A stretch of DNA of 44,822 bases from Parcubacteria group bacterium (GCA_943349395.1 CALQZH010000001.1:19275-64096); one strand, 5' to 3'; shown: positions 29,811 through 39,161, numbered from the stretch's first letter. Notes: generated by a model not told the origin, from the letters alone. A program made the numbers and translations.

Positions 29811-30407
29811 TCATGTGATGAGAGGGTGACCCGTTTCCCATGTCCTCGATCGGCGGATCTCTCGCGCAATCGCGCCTATGCCTCTCGCATCGGTGAGTTG
29901 GTGCATGCGCGCGAGCAAGGCGATGCATCGGCGGCTCCTGATGCCCGGATAGTCGCGCGGGCAGACGGGCAGGGGATGGGCGTTCGGCATGCCCCATGCC
30001 CTATACGTGCGCTTGATGCGCGCGCAGTCGAAGTCGCAGGCTATGAAGTCGAAGCGGACGGTCACGGGTCGCTTGAGCGAATTCAAGAGGCGATTCGCAA
30101 GCGCGCATTCTTCGAACCTGTCCCGGGCCCGCATGAGGGCTTTGGTTTCGGGGTAGCTGGCTTGCGTGATGATATGCCGTTGCGGAATCCCGCGCGTAAT
30201 GAGCCGGGAGGCCATCACGGAGGCGATGCTCGTTTCGGGGTTCTCCTGCGGGAGGTCGAGCCCCGAGAGCAGGACGAAGATCGTTTGGGGGTACTGGACG
30301 AAGTGTCGCGTGGCTTCGGCGAGGACGTTTTCGGCGAGGGAAGAGAGTGCGCCGTGCCGATCGATCTGATTGCCGTGAATGAAGACGATCTTTCCGATGT
30401 CGCTCAT
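29811..30407 (-). CDS. Divergent DUF218 (YdcF/ElyC-like) protein
   Basis: VLLSG...ASVMASRLITRGIPQRHII...FIACDFDCAR follows the DUF218 pattern. Confidence 0.55.
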   Translation of the reverse strand: MSDIGKIVFIHGNQIDRHGALSSLAENVLAEATRHFVQYPQTIFVLLSGLDLPQENPETSIASVMASRLITRGIPQRHIITQASYPETKALMRARDRFEECALANRLLNSLKRPVTVRFDFIACDFDCARIKRTYRAWGMPNAHPLPVCPRDYPGIRSRRCIALLARMHQLTDARGIGAIAREIRRSRTWETGHPLIT

Positions 30408-30542
30408 GGGCGTTGCTCCTTTTGTGAGGATGTTCTGGATTGTCGGGGTGCTACGGGAGAGAGTATATGACGGTTGGGTATGAAAATAAATAGGCGCCGT
30501 CCGGTCGTGGCCGGAGGGCGCCTGAGGGGTGGGGGAGCGGGA

Positions 30543-31073
30543 TCATCCCGCGATCCGTCGGTATATGCGCCAGGGTATGGTCTGCAGGATGCTCTCGCGG
30601 ATCACCCATCGTAAGCGATGCTGGGTGCAATACCGCTCTCCTTTGGGGTAGAACCAGTACGAAGGGGAGTGCTCCTCGAGGAAGATGTCTTGGCCGTATG
30701 CGGAAAGCGTCGCGTCCAAGCCGACTTCCCGCATCGCCATTCTCATATCTCGCATGCACCGCCGGATATGGGGAGGTGCGGCGACGATATGGAGCTCGGT
30801 CAATCCGATCCTTTTCGCGCTTAGTGCTGCGAACCGCGCGATGCGGAGCGTGGGCGGCGGGGGATTGGCACCGGGAATCTGCGGGAAGATCCAGACGCCG
30901 TTCGGGACGTGCGGATTCATGATGCCGCAATCGAGCTGGGTAAATACCGACGCGTTCATAATGTGCGCCGCGGCGCACGCCACGTCATGGATCGCCTCGT
31001 TCGCGGGGATCGAGTGCGGCATGCCGAACGCGAAAGCGACGATGCCTTTTTCTCCGCATAGAGAGTCTGTCAC
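30543..31073 (-). CDS. Divergent DUF218-like protein
   Basis: IVAFAFG, PTL..A and HIVAAPPHIRRC motifs; W..RE in the C-terminal helix. Confidence 0.5.
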   Translation of the reverse strand: MTDSLCGEKGIVAFAFGMPHSIPANEAIHDVACAAAHIMNASVFTQLDCGIMNPHVPNGVWIFPQIPGANPPPPTLRIARFAALSAKRIGLTELHIVAAPPHIRRCMRDMRMAMREVGLDATLSAYGQDIFLEEHSPSYWFYPKGERYCTQHRLRWVIRESILQTIPWRIYRRIAG

Positions 31074-31246
31074 GGAAAGGTCCTTTCTATTCTATGAGCT
31101 CCGCAAGGAGCGGAGGGGAGAGTGTGGTGTCAGGGTGCGGAGCCTATGATGTGTTAAAAAAGAAATAAAGTCAATTGATCCGATGCGCGAAACGAAGGCC
31201 CCGCAGGAGCGGGGCTGAGGGATACCAAGGGGCGTTGGAAGGGCGT

Positions 31247-31915
31247 TCAGAGCCGATCCTGATCTTCAAGGAGGAGCGAGGGGTCGCTGAAGTGAGCGCG
31301 ATCGTTCCATGAGCGGATGAGCCAGGGGTTCGCGCGCGACTCGTCGTATTCCAGGGTCGCGATGCCGCCGTTGTCGGTGCGGAACGCGCGCATGAATTCG
31401 CCCATCTCGCGGCCGGATATCGCTTGGCCGAAGGTCGCATGGGCCGCCATGCAGCGCATGAAGACGCCGTGTGTCGCGACGAGGATCCGCTCGCAAGGCA
31501 GCGCGGCCAGATGCGCCAAGGCGCGGCCCGCGCGGCTCTTCAGATCGTCGAAATTCTCCTCGTCGGAAAAGCGGAATCCCTCGCGGAAATTCTCATGGAT
31601 CGTTTTCGATATCGCGAGCATCTCGGGGCTGACTTTCCCGAGGCCGATATGGGCGCTGGGCTTCCTGCGTTCGACGAAGAGGTCGGAGGTAGCAGGGGAG
31701 AGGCCGAGCTTCTCGCCGATGATCTCGGCGGTCTCGCGGGCGCGCCGGAGCGTGCTCGAGACGAGCGCGTGGTACGGTTCGTCTTTCGCGAGGCGCGCGG
31801 CGACCCGTAGGGATTGGTTGCGGCCCGAGGCGGTGAGAGGGGAGTCGGGGTTCTGGTACACGGCGTTCGCGTTTCCCTGGCTCTCGCCATGGCGTATGAG
31901 GAGAATCGTTTTCAT
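31247..31915 (-). CDS. Histidine phosphatase (phosphoglycerate mutase family)
   Basis: LIRHGES, LTASGRNQ, SSTLRRARETA, VATHG and WNDRAH motifs. Confidence 0.92.
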   Translation of the reverse strand: MKTILLIRHGESQGNANAVYQNPDSPLTASGRNQSLRVAARLAKDEPYHALVSSTLRRARETAEIIGEKLGLSPATSDLFVERRKPSAHIGLGKVSPEMLAISKTIHENFREGFRFSDEENFDDLKSRAGRALAHLAALPCERILVATHGVFMRCMAAHATFGQAISGREMGEFMRAFRTDNGGIATLEYDESRANPWLIRSWNDRAHFSDPSLLLEDQDRL

Positions 31916-32189
31916 ATATAAGGAAGATGGATCTTTGAGATCAGTATATAGGGGATTATGATAAAAATCTCCGGATCGGCAACGGCCGTTCCGGAGATTC
32001 GAGGATATCGCCTGCGCGAAGCGTTCATGCTGTCGCGAGGGCGATGGGAACGAGTTTCAGGTACCAGGCCATGGCCTGGCGCATGCCGCATTCGCAGGGA
32101 GTGCCGCAGAGATCGGTCCGTTGGGTGCCTGCCGGACATCCCGAAAGATGGAGTCCGACGACGCCGATCAGGCTCTCGACGGCATTGAA

Positions 32190-32363
32190 TTACTCGATGC
32201 GCCGGCCGTCATCAGGCTCATACGGATGAGGGGCTCCATGCGTCTCGGTCAGGAATGTCACTTGGAAGGGCTTCCTGCATGACCGGCACTGGATGACCTG
32301 GCCCTCAGCATAGGAATGCTTCTGGTTCTCTTCTTGGCATATCGGGCACGTGCACTTCGCCAT
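32190..32363 (-). CDS. Small zinc-ribbon protein (57 aa)
   Basis: Hand-translated MAKCTCPICQEEN...IQCRSCRKPFQV...; two CxxC pairs; below the track cutoff. Confidence 0.55.
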   Translation of the reverse strand: MAKCTCPICQEENQKHSYAEGQVIQCRSCRKPFQVTFLTETHGAPHPYEPDDGRRIE

Positions 32364-32447
32364 GGGACGTATATTCCCTGTTCGAGTTTCAAAAAAAACG
32401 ATAGGACGCTGAACAATATATAATCGAAAATGAGGGGATTATCAATA

Positions 32448-32714
32448 GGGAATCGCCCCTTCTCCGCTCTTACGACTCGGAATCTTCGGCTTCTTATAAG
32501 AAGCCTGCGACCCGCGGTTCGATTTCTTATTGTGGGGGGATCGCCTCTCCCTCTCCGCCAGCTGGCGGATCGGTCGAGGCCTCAAAACTTCGTGATTTAG
32601 GCCTGCGGTTCGATATCTAATAGAAGGGAATCGCCTGCCGCTTCGCGGCAGACCATCGATTTTCATAATCGGCCGGAGGCCTCATTGAAAATCGTGGCCT
32701 GCGGTTCGATTCCC
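32448..32714 (-). repeat. Three tandem tRNA-Val-associated palindromic elements V1 (32626-32714), V2 (32535-32617), V3 (32448-32526)
   Basis: On the minus strand each starts ATCGAACCGC and ends GGCGATYCCC; V1 resembles G1/G2 and V3 resembles S1. Confidence 0.85.
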
Positions 32715-32768
32715 GCCTCTAATACCCACATTACAAAATACCCTCACGCTGGAGGATATTTTGTAATG

Positions 32769-32840
32769 TGGGCAATGGGGGAATCGAACCCACGGCATCC
32801 TCTGTGTAAAAGAGGCGCTCTACCACTGAGCTAATTGCCC
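32769..32840 (-). tRNA. tRNA-Val(TAC)
   Basis: GGGCAAT/ATTGCCC acceptor, CCTCT-TTTACAC-AGAGG anticodon arm, A73; followed by a long hairpin at 32725-32772. Confidence 0.93.
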
Positions 32841-32851
32841 TATAGTAGGGG

Positions 32852-32880
32852 AGTATAGGGGGTTTAGGACTATCGGGCAA
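32852..32880 (-). promoter_or_regulatory. Sigma-70 promoter of tRNA-Val
   Basis: TTGCCC-N17-TATACT. Confidence 0.55.
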
Positions 32881-33004
32881 CGGGCGAAGGGCGTTGACAG
32901 AGTGCTCTAAATAGTAGAAAATACAGGCAAGTTCCCTTTTTGTGGGGTACTGCCGCTTCTTTCGGGAGCGGGTTCCAGTTTCTTGACATAGTGGAGACGG
33001 CCTA

Positions 33005-33547
33005 ATGAAGCCTCAACATGACGATGGAAAAGTCGTCGGCGCGCTTGCGGGTGCGTCGGGGGAGTCGAACGGAATTCTCAGTGGTTCGGAAAGGGGGGGC
33101 GACGGCCAAACGCACCTCTCGCAAGATGCGAGCAAGATAGTCTGCGTAAAGACCCCGAAGCCAAAGAGGAGAGATCTTCCTCGGCCCAGCACGTTTTTCG
33201 TGCTGGTTCATGGTGATGGGGATCACCATGATGCGGTCGATGTGTCTCTCGGTCAGTGTGAGAGGGTTCTCAGTCTGCTCGGTGGAGATGATGGGATTCC
33301 CCCATATCTCACGACGGATGACGCGGGAACTATCCTCGTGAGGGAATTCCTCGGAGAAGACGATTCTGAGCGTTCTGATCTGTTCTATGACGGACTGGAG
33401 TATCGCGATCCCGACACGCTGTTCGATGAAATCGATCAGAGGGATTGGGGCGATGATCCGGTGGGTCGTTGGGATGGGGATCGGGAAAAGGAAGAGTCGG
33501 ATGAAAGCGCAGAACGATGCCATGAAGACGAAGATTGCTTAGTCTGA
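33005..33547 (+). CDS. Acidic hypothetical protein
   Basis: GGAG SD, Asp/Glu-rich C-terminal half, followed by a terminator. Confidence 0.5.
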   Translation: MKPQHDDGKVVGALAGASGESNGILSGSERGGDGQTHLSQDASKIVCVKTPKPKRRDLPRPSTFFVLVHGDGDHHDAVDVSLGQCERVLSLLGGDDGIPPYLTTDDAGTILVREFLGEDDSERSDLFYDGLEYRDPDTLFDEIDQRDWGDDPVGRWDGDREKEESDESAERCHEDEDCLV

Positions 33548-33585
33548 CTGGTATGCGGCGTTCTGTGCGACAAGGCTACAGCGGA

Positions 33586-33622
33586 GAGTCCCGGACAGAA
33601 TTCCTGTCCGGGCTCATTTTTT
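33586..33622 (+). terminator. Intrinsic terminator
   Basis: CCCGGACAG / CTGTCCGGG stem plus a T-tract. Confidence 0.7.
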
Positions 33623-33715
33623 ATGAAGATCGAATGAATAGATCGAAAACCACGAAGATCACTTTATCGCGGCCGCGATAAAGTGACTGGGGCATATCTG
33701 GAGAGCCTGCTGATA

Positions 33716-34270
33716 TCAGTGAAGTATCGAACGTATCGCGCCGAGCGCCGGGGGGAGCGCGGTGAATCCATCCTCCGTATTCATATGCCCGGCATGGTGG
33801 AGCGTGACGAGTTGCGCGCCGAGCTTTTCCTCTATAAGCGCGCCGCTCCCGGGCGGCACGTGCGGATCATCATCGCTCTCGATCGCGACGACAGCGCTGC
33901 ATGCGTTTTTTATACGGTCGTAGTCGAAAGGGGAGCGGAAGAAGGTTTCGAGTTCCGAGTCATCGGCCTCTAAAAACCCGGCGACGAGCACGGCGCCGGC
34001 GATGCGTGTTCCCATAGGAAGCGATTCGAGATAGCGGAGTATGGCGACGGTGCCGATGCTATGTCCTACGAGGATGGTGTCTTCATCTGGCGTCCCGACA
34101 GTGTCCGCAATAGCACTGACCCACGCATCGCGATCGGGCTTCTCGGTATCGGGCATCGCGGGGACGGATGCGGCGTAGCCCTGTGCCTCAAGCTCGCGCG
34201 AAAGCCACGGGAACCAGTGGTCGTGAGGGGTCGCTCCCCAGCCGTGGATTATGACTACGCGCCTGTTCAT
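33716..34270 (-). CDS. RBBP9/YdeN-family alpha/beta hydrolase
   Basis: IIHGWG, WFPWL, VGHSIG nucleophile elbow, SDDDPHV and AGHMN motifs; true start at 34270 (the track ORF extends into the tRNA). Confidence 0.9.
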   Translation of the reverse strand: MNRRVVIIHGWGATPHDHWFPWLSRELEAQGYAASVPAMPDTEKPDRDAWVSAIADTVGTPDEDTILVGHSIGTVAILRYLESLPMGTRIAGAVLVAGFLEADDSELETFFRSPFDYDRIKNACSAVVAIESDDDPHVPPGSGALIEEKLGAQLVTLHHAGHMNTEDGFTALPPALGAIRSILH

Positions 34271-34344
34271 TGGTGGGCATACATGGAATCGAACCATGGT
34301 CAGTCGTGTATAAGACGACCGCTCTACCATTGAGCTATATGCCC
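34271..34344 (-). tRNA. tRNA-Ile(TAT), CCA encoded
   Basis: GGGCATA/TATGCCC acceptor, A73-CCA, GTCGT-CTTATAC-ACGAC anticodon arm, CATGG-TTCGATT-CCATG T-arm. Confidence 0.9.
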
Positions 34345-34362
34345 GATAACGCTGAGTATATA

Positions 34363-34394
34363 TAAAAAAAGACCTTTTTCAAAGGTCCTTTTTT
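34363..34394 (-). terminator. ftsH terminator
   Basis: GACCTTT / AAAGGTC stem with flanking A- and T-tracts. Confidence 0.6.
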
Positions 34395-34413
34395 ATCACG
34401 ATTACTTAATTTC

Positions 34414-36249
34414 TTAGGCCGCGATCGGCTTCAACTTGAACGACTGTACGATGGCATTGAAGTCGTCCTGCTCTAAAACTTCCTTCTCGAGCAGGGCATC
34501 CGCGATGGCGGTAAGTACTTTCTTGCGCGAGCTCACGATCTTCTTCGCGAGCGCATAGGCGCGGGAAATGAAGCCCTTGATCTCCGCGTCGATCTCCGTC
34601 GCCGCTGTTTCCGAGTAGTTCTTTTCGCCGCCCATGGCGTGCCCGAGGAACATCGTCTCCTCGGTGGTGCCGAAGGCGATGGGGCCGATCTTCTCGCTCA
34701 TGCCGTATTGCGTCACGAGCCGGCGCGCGAGCTCGGAAACCTTCTGCAGATCGTTCGAGGCGCCGGTCGACATCTCGCCGAACATTTCCTGCTCCGCGAC
34801 GTAGCCGCCGAGCATCATGGCGAGGTCCGCGGCGAACTGCGAGCGGGTGCGGAGCCGCACGTCCTCGAGGGGGAGTTTCAACGTATAGCCGCCGGCGAAG
34901 CCGCGGCTCACGATAGAGACCTTGTGGATAGGGTCGGAATTCACGAGGCTCGCGGCGACGAGTGCGTGGCCCGCTTCATGGTACGCGGTGATCTCGCGTT
35001 CCTTGGGCGATATCGCGCGGCCTCTGCGCTCGGGGCCCATCATGACCTTCTCGACGGAGTCGAAGATATCCTGCTGGGTGATCGATGAGCGGTTCGCCCG
35101 CGCGGCGAGTATCGCCGCCTCGTTCATGAGGTTCGCGAGGTCGGCGCCCGAGAAGCCGGGGGTGCGCGTCGCGACCTTCCTGAGGTCGATCGTCTGCTCG
35201 AGCGGCTTGCCCTTCGCATGGATCGCGAGGATCGCCTCGCGGTCGGCGATATCCGGGCTATCCAAAGCCACGCGTCGGTCGAACCGGCCGGGGCGGAGGA
35301 GCGCCTCGTCCAAGACGTCGGGGCGGTTGGTCGCCGCGAGCACCACGACTTGGGTGTCGCGCTCGAAGCCGTCCATCTCGACCAATATCTGGTTTAAGGT
35401 CTGCTCGCGCTCGTCGTGCCCGCCGCCCATGCCGCTGCCGCGGTGGCGGCCGATGGCGTCGATCTCGTCGATGAAGAGGATCGAGGGCGCGGACTTCTTC
35501 GCGGTAGCGAAGACATCGCGGGTGCGCGAGGCACCCACGCCCACGAACATCTCGACGAATTCGGAGGCGGAGATATGGAAGAAGGGGACGCCGCTCTCGC
35601 CGGCCACGGCACGTGCGAGAAGCGTCTTGCCAGTGCCGGGCGCGCCCATCAAGAGCACGCCGCGGGGGATCCGGGCGCCCATATCGAGAAACTTCTTAGG
35701 GTTCTTGAGGAAGTCGACGACTTCTTCCAACTCGCGCTTGGTTTCCTTGAGCCCCGCCACGTCCTTGAACATCACACTGTCCTTCGAGGGCGAGAAGAGA
35801 CGGATGTTCGACTTGCCGAAGGAGAATGCCTGGTTCGCGCCTCCTTTCGCCTGGCGGAAGATGAACCAGAAAATCGCGACCATCGCGATGATCGGGAGAA
35901 GGGTGGGAATGAGGACGCTCGCCCAGAACCTGCCGCCCGACTGGCCTTCGACCGCGATCTTCACCTTCGCGAGCGCGAGGGGATCGACGCCGTAGTTCTT
36001 CAGGGTCTCCGTGAGTCCGGCCTCGTTCTCCTTTTCGGCGGTTGCCGCTGTGCCGTCTTTCATCGTTATGGCGAGGGTGTTCTCGCGCACGGTTATGGCC
36101 GTTATCCCGCCATCGTTTATCTTCGCGGCAACCTCGTTCAAGGGGAGTGTGGGCGAGGCGGTACCGAGCTCGGCGACGAGGGAGAATGCGAATGAGAGCG
36201 CGATGAGGATAGTTATGGCCCAGAAAACGTTCTTGTAGAGGAATTTCAT
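34414..36249 (-). CDS. ftsH: ATP-dependent zinc metalloprotease FtsH
   Basis: Two TMs, GAPGTGKT Walker A, FIDEID Walker B, RPGRFDR and HEAGH. Confidence 0.97.
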   Translation of the reverse strand: MKFLYKNVFWAITILIALSFAFSLVAELGTASPTLPLNEVAAKINDGGITAITVRENTLAITMKDGTAATAEKENEAGLTETLKNYGVDPLALAKVKIAVEGQSGGRFWASVLIPTLLPIIAMVAIFWFIFRQAKGGANQAFSFGKSNIRLFSPSKDSVMFKDVAGLKETKRELEEVVDFLKNPKKFLDMGARIPRGVLLMGAPGTGKTLLARAVAGESGVPFFHISASEFVEMFVGVGASRTRDVFATAKKSAPSILFIDEIDAIGRHRGSGMGGGHDEREQTLNQILVEMDGFERDTQVVVLAATNRPDVLDEALLRPGRFDRRVALDSPDIADREAILAIHAKGKPLEQTIDLRKVATRTPGFSGADLANLMNEAAILAARANRSSITQQDIFDSVEKVMMGPERRGRAISPKEREITAYHEAGHALVAASLVNSDPIHKVSIVSRGFAGGYTLKLPLEDVRLRTRSQFAADLAMMLGGYVAEQEMFGEMSTGASNDLQKVSELARRLVTQYGMSEKIGPIAFGTTEETMFLGHAMGGEKNYSETAATEIDAEIKGFISRAYALAKKIVSSRKKVLTAIADALLEKEVLEQDDFNAIVQSFKLKPIAA

Positions 36250-36308
36250 GTGATATGAGGGTGTCTTGAGGGTTTATCATACCACGCGTTTGCCTGTATA
36301 TTCAAACC

Positions 36309-37193
36309 ATGGCAATGGCGCGGATCCTGAAGGAATATCTCGATTATGTCGAGATCGAGCGCGGCCGTTCGGTGGCTACCCGCGAGGCGTACGCCCAGTA
36401 CCTCAACCGGTTTTTCGACGTGGCGAAGATCGGGAGCGTCGCGGACGTCACCGAGGCGTCCATCCGCGACTTCCGGCTCTATCTCGCGCGCCAGGATCTC
36501 AAGAAGTCATCGCAGGCCCAGTACGTGATCGCGATCAGGAGCTTTTTGAAGTATCTCGCGCGACAGGGCCATGAGAGCGTGCCGCCCGATCGGGTGGATG
36601 TGCCCAAGATGCAAGAGAGGCAGGTGGAGATCCTGGACCATGCGGAACTCATGCGCCTCTTGGCCGCTCCCGATGCGCAGACCTTGAAGGGCGCGCGCGA
36701 CAAGGCGATCCTCGAGCTCTTCTTCTCGACGGGCATGCGACTCTCGGAGCTTTGCGGGCTCGACCGGTTCATCGATATGGCGAAAGAGGAGTTTACCGTA
36801 CGGGGGAAGGGGGACAAGGTGCGGCTCGTGTTCGTGTCGAAAGCGGCGCGCGAGTGCCTCGCGGACTATATGGCGAAGCGCGCGGATGCGGACGAGGCGC
36901 TCTTCGTGAGCGTCGTGCGCGGGAAGGCGATCGGGCGCATAACGCCGCGAGCCGTGGAGCGGCTGATCACGGCCTACGGGAAGAAAGCGGGAATCATGGG
37001 CAAGAAGCTCACGCCGCATACCCTGCGGCACTGCTTCGCGACCGACTTGTTGGAAAACGGCGCGGATCTCCGCTCGGTGCAGGAGATGCTCGGGCACTCG
37101 AACATCTCGACGACGCAGATCTATACCCACGTCACGAATAGGGGATTGAAGGACGCGTTCAAGACGTTCCACGACCGGCGGCGGAGAGAGTAA
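36309..37193 (+). CDS. XerC/XerD-like tyrosine recombinase
   Basis: N-terminal SAM-like domain, TGMRLSE (R), GKGDKVR (K), HTLRH, LGHS and TQIY catalytic residues. Confidence 0.93.
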   Translation: MAMARILKEYLDYVEIERGRSVATREAYAQYLNRFFDVAKIGSVADVTEASIRDFRLYLARQDLKKSSQAQYVIAIRSFLKYLARQGHESVPPDRVDVPKMQERQVEILDHAELMRLLAAPDAQTLKGARDKAILELFFSTGMRLSELCGLDRFIDMAKEEFTVRGKGDKVRLVFVSKAARECLADYMAKRADADEALFVSVVRGKAIGRITPRAVERLITAYGKKAGIMGKKLTPHTLRHCFATDLLENGADLRSVQEMLGHSNISTTQIYTHVTNRGLKDAFKTFHDRRRRE

Positions 37194-37282
37194 TGGACAT
37201 GATCTGATTTTCGGTGTATGATAACCGCAGATTTGATTTCCGGGGTCTTCGGACCCCTATCGCAAAAACAGGGGGTTTTCGG

Positions 37283-37762
37283 ATGGCGAACGTTCTATCG
37301 GATGATGAGATTCTGCGAAGGGTGCGCACAGTCCTGATCGACGCGCTCGGCGTCGATGACGCGGACATCCTTCCCGAGTCGAGAATCGTGACGGACTTGG
37401 AAGCCCAGTGGCCCGATCTGCTCGACATCGGATTCAGGCTCAACAGGGCCTTCAGCCTCGTCATTCCCACCGACCATCTTTTTCCGAAGGTGAAGGCTGA
37501 GATGGTCGATGCGGAGGGCAGGCTGACCAATGCGGGGATCGATATGTTGTATGCGAATGCTCCGCAAGGCAGGGGCCTGCTTCATCTCAGGCTTGAGCCG
37601 GGCACTCGCATGGCCGACTTGCAGACGGTGGCAATGATCTGCCGTTATGTGAAGGGCTGCTTGATGAAGGGTGGCGAGGCGGCTGGTACTGACGATTCGG
37701 AGGCTGAATTGCTCGAATCGCTCGCTGACGAAGGCACGTCTGCCTGGTCGTCCCCGAAGTAG
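37283..37762 (+). CDS. Acyl-carrier-protein-like protein lacking the phosphopantetheine serine
   Basis: VRTVLIDALGVDDADILPESRIVTDLEAQWPDLLDIGFRLNRAFSLVIP...TVAMICRYV is an ACP-like pattern with DSL replaced by QWP. Confidence 0.65.
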   Translation: MANVLSDDEILRRVRTVLIDALGVDDADILPESRIVTDLEAQWPDLLDIGFRLNRAFSLVIPTDHLFPKVKAEMVDAEGRLTNAGIDMLYANAPQGRGLLHLRLEPGTRMADLQTVAMICRYVKGCLMKGGEAAGTDDSEAELLESLADEGTSAWSSPK

Positions 37763-37794
37763 CGTATTCTCTTCTTCGAGATACGCGTGCATGA

Positions 37795-37830
37795 AAAGCC
37801 GTGCGGTCGAGTGACCGCATGGCTTTATTT
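37795..37830. terminator. Bidirectional terminator between convergent genes
   Basis: AAAGCCGTGCGGTC / GACCGCATGGCTTT stem flanked by A- and T-tracts. Confidence 0.7.
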
Positions 37831-39092
37831 TATTTGACGAGCTCTATCTTCCCATCCTTCACCGTTTTCACATACGATTCGCGGCTCGCGTTCCCATCCT
37901 TGTCGAACTCGGCGTGCCCCGCCTCGCCCGAGTAGCCGTTTACCGACGAGAGCGTGTCCTTGAGCGTCGTGGGGGAGACAGGGTGCTCGCGGTCATAGCT
38001 GCGGGAGATGGCAATCGCGAGGAGTTTCATGCCGTCGAACGCCTCGGCGCTCCAGCGGAGTGGCTCGTGGCCATAGGCCTTCTTCACGAGTCCGGAGAAG
38101 AGAGGGGTAGGGGTGCCGTTATAGCCATTCATTATGATGCCTTCGGCGGCGTTGCCTGCGGCCGCGAGCGTGCCCGGGTCGTCGAAACAGGTATAGCCGA
38201 AAAGCTGGTTCCCGTAGCCGAGCTCCCTGATCTGCCGCACGGCGATCGCGCAGTCGCGCTGGAGGCCCATCACGGCGATGGTCGCAGGCCCCGCGGCGAT
38301 CAGCTTCTGGATCTGCGTGCGGAAGTCGGTCGCGTCCTGCGTGAATCCTTCCGATCCCGTGACCGTGCCGCCTTTCTCCGCGAATGCCTTCGCGAAGGCC
38401 TCGTTGTATTCCACGACCGCGTCATTGTATGTCGCGAAAAGCGTTCCTGCGGACGCGAAGCCGCGCTTCCGCGCCTCGTCCGCGAGTGCCATGCCGATCT
38501 TCGACGAGACGTCGTCGTTCTTGAAGACGTAGGCTCCGGCAGAATTCAGCTTCGTCGCGAGGGAGGCCATCGTGAAGAGCACGGTATGCGTCTCCTCCGC
38601 GATCGGTGCGACGGCAAGCGATACGGGCGAGGTGCCGGTGATCAGGGCGACCGCATGGTCCGTCGAGATGAGTTTTCGGGCGGCGGCCGGGGCATTCTTC
38701 ACGTCGCTCCGAGTGTCTTCGTAAACGAGCTTGATGCGTATGCCGAAGGTCTCGGTATCGTTCACGCCTTTCGCCGCCAGGTCGAGGCCCTCTTTTATTC
38801 CCTGGCCGTATACCGCCTGGGGGCCCGAGAGGGGGATGATCACGCCGACCGTCTCCGTATGCCTGGTTGCCGGTTTTTCCGGTACGGCTTTCTCAGTCGG
38901 CTTCGGAACGGTTGCGGTTGCGGTTGCGGATGTCGCGCTCTGTTCCGTGGTGCTCGCGGAGGGCGCGAATTGCATGAGGGTGGGCGTGCTCGTGATGGAC
39001 ATGAGGCGCCTGCCGTTCCTGTAGTGGTCGTAGCCGAGGCCGAGGGCGGCAATGACGATGAGTATGAGGATAAGCTTGTTCTTGGGATGCAT
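37830..39092 (-). CDS. LivJ-type (periplasmic binding protein type 1) substrate-binding protein, membrane-anchored
   Basis: VGVIIPLSGPQAVYG, YEDT, TDFRTQI, AFDG and GEAGHAEFDKDG motifs; N-terminal TM and Thr/Ala stalk. Confidence 0.88.
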   Translation of the reverse strand: MHPKNKLILILIVIAALGLGYDHYRNGRRLMSITSTPTLMQFAPSASTTEQSATSATATATVPKPTEKAVPEKPATRHTETVGVIIPLSGPQAVYGQGIKEGLDLAAKGVNDTETFGIRIKLVYEDTRSDVKNAPAAARKLISTDHAVALITGTSPVSLAVAPIAEETHTVLFTMASLATKLNSAGAYVFKNDDVSSKIGMALADEARKRGFASAGTLFATYNDAVVEYNEAFAKAFAEKGGTVTGSEGFTQDATDFRTQIQKLIAAGPATIAVMGLQRDCAIAVRQIRELGYGNQLFGYTCFDDPGTLAAAGNAAEGIIMNGYNGTPTPLFSGLVKKAYGHEPLRWSAEAFDGMKLLAIAISRSYDREHPVSPTTLKDTLSSVNGYSGEAGHAEFDKDGNASRESYVKTVKDGKIELVK

Positions 39093-39161
39093 AGGGATTG
39101 TATAACGCGGGCACGGCATTCCTGCAAGCGATGGATGGCGCGAAGAAAGGCCGGTCGGGTT

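Noticed and set aside
32190-32363. LysW carrier protein
   Set aside because: Zinc-ribbon spacing is similar, but the C-terminal EDWGE motif and lys/arg biosynthesis genes are absent.
36309-37193. Integron integrase or prophage integrase
   Set aside because: No evident IntI-specific insertion, no adjacent attI/cassettes or phage genes; sequence and context fit a housekeeping Xer.
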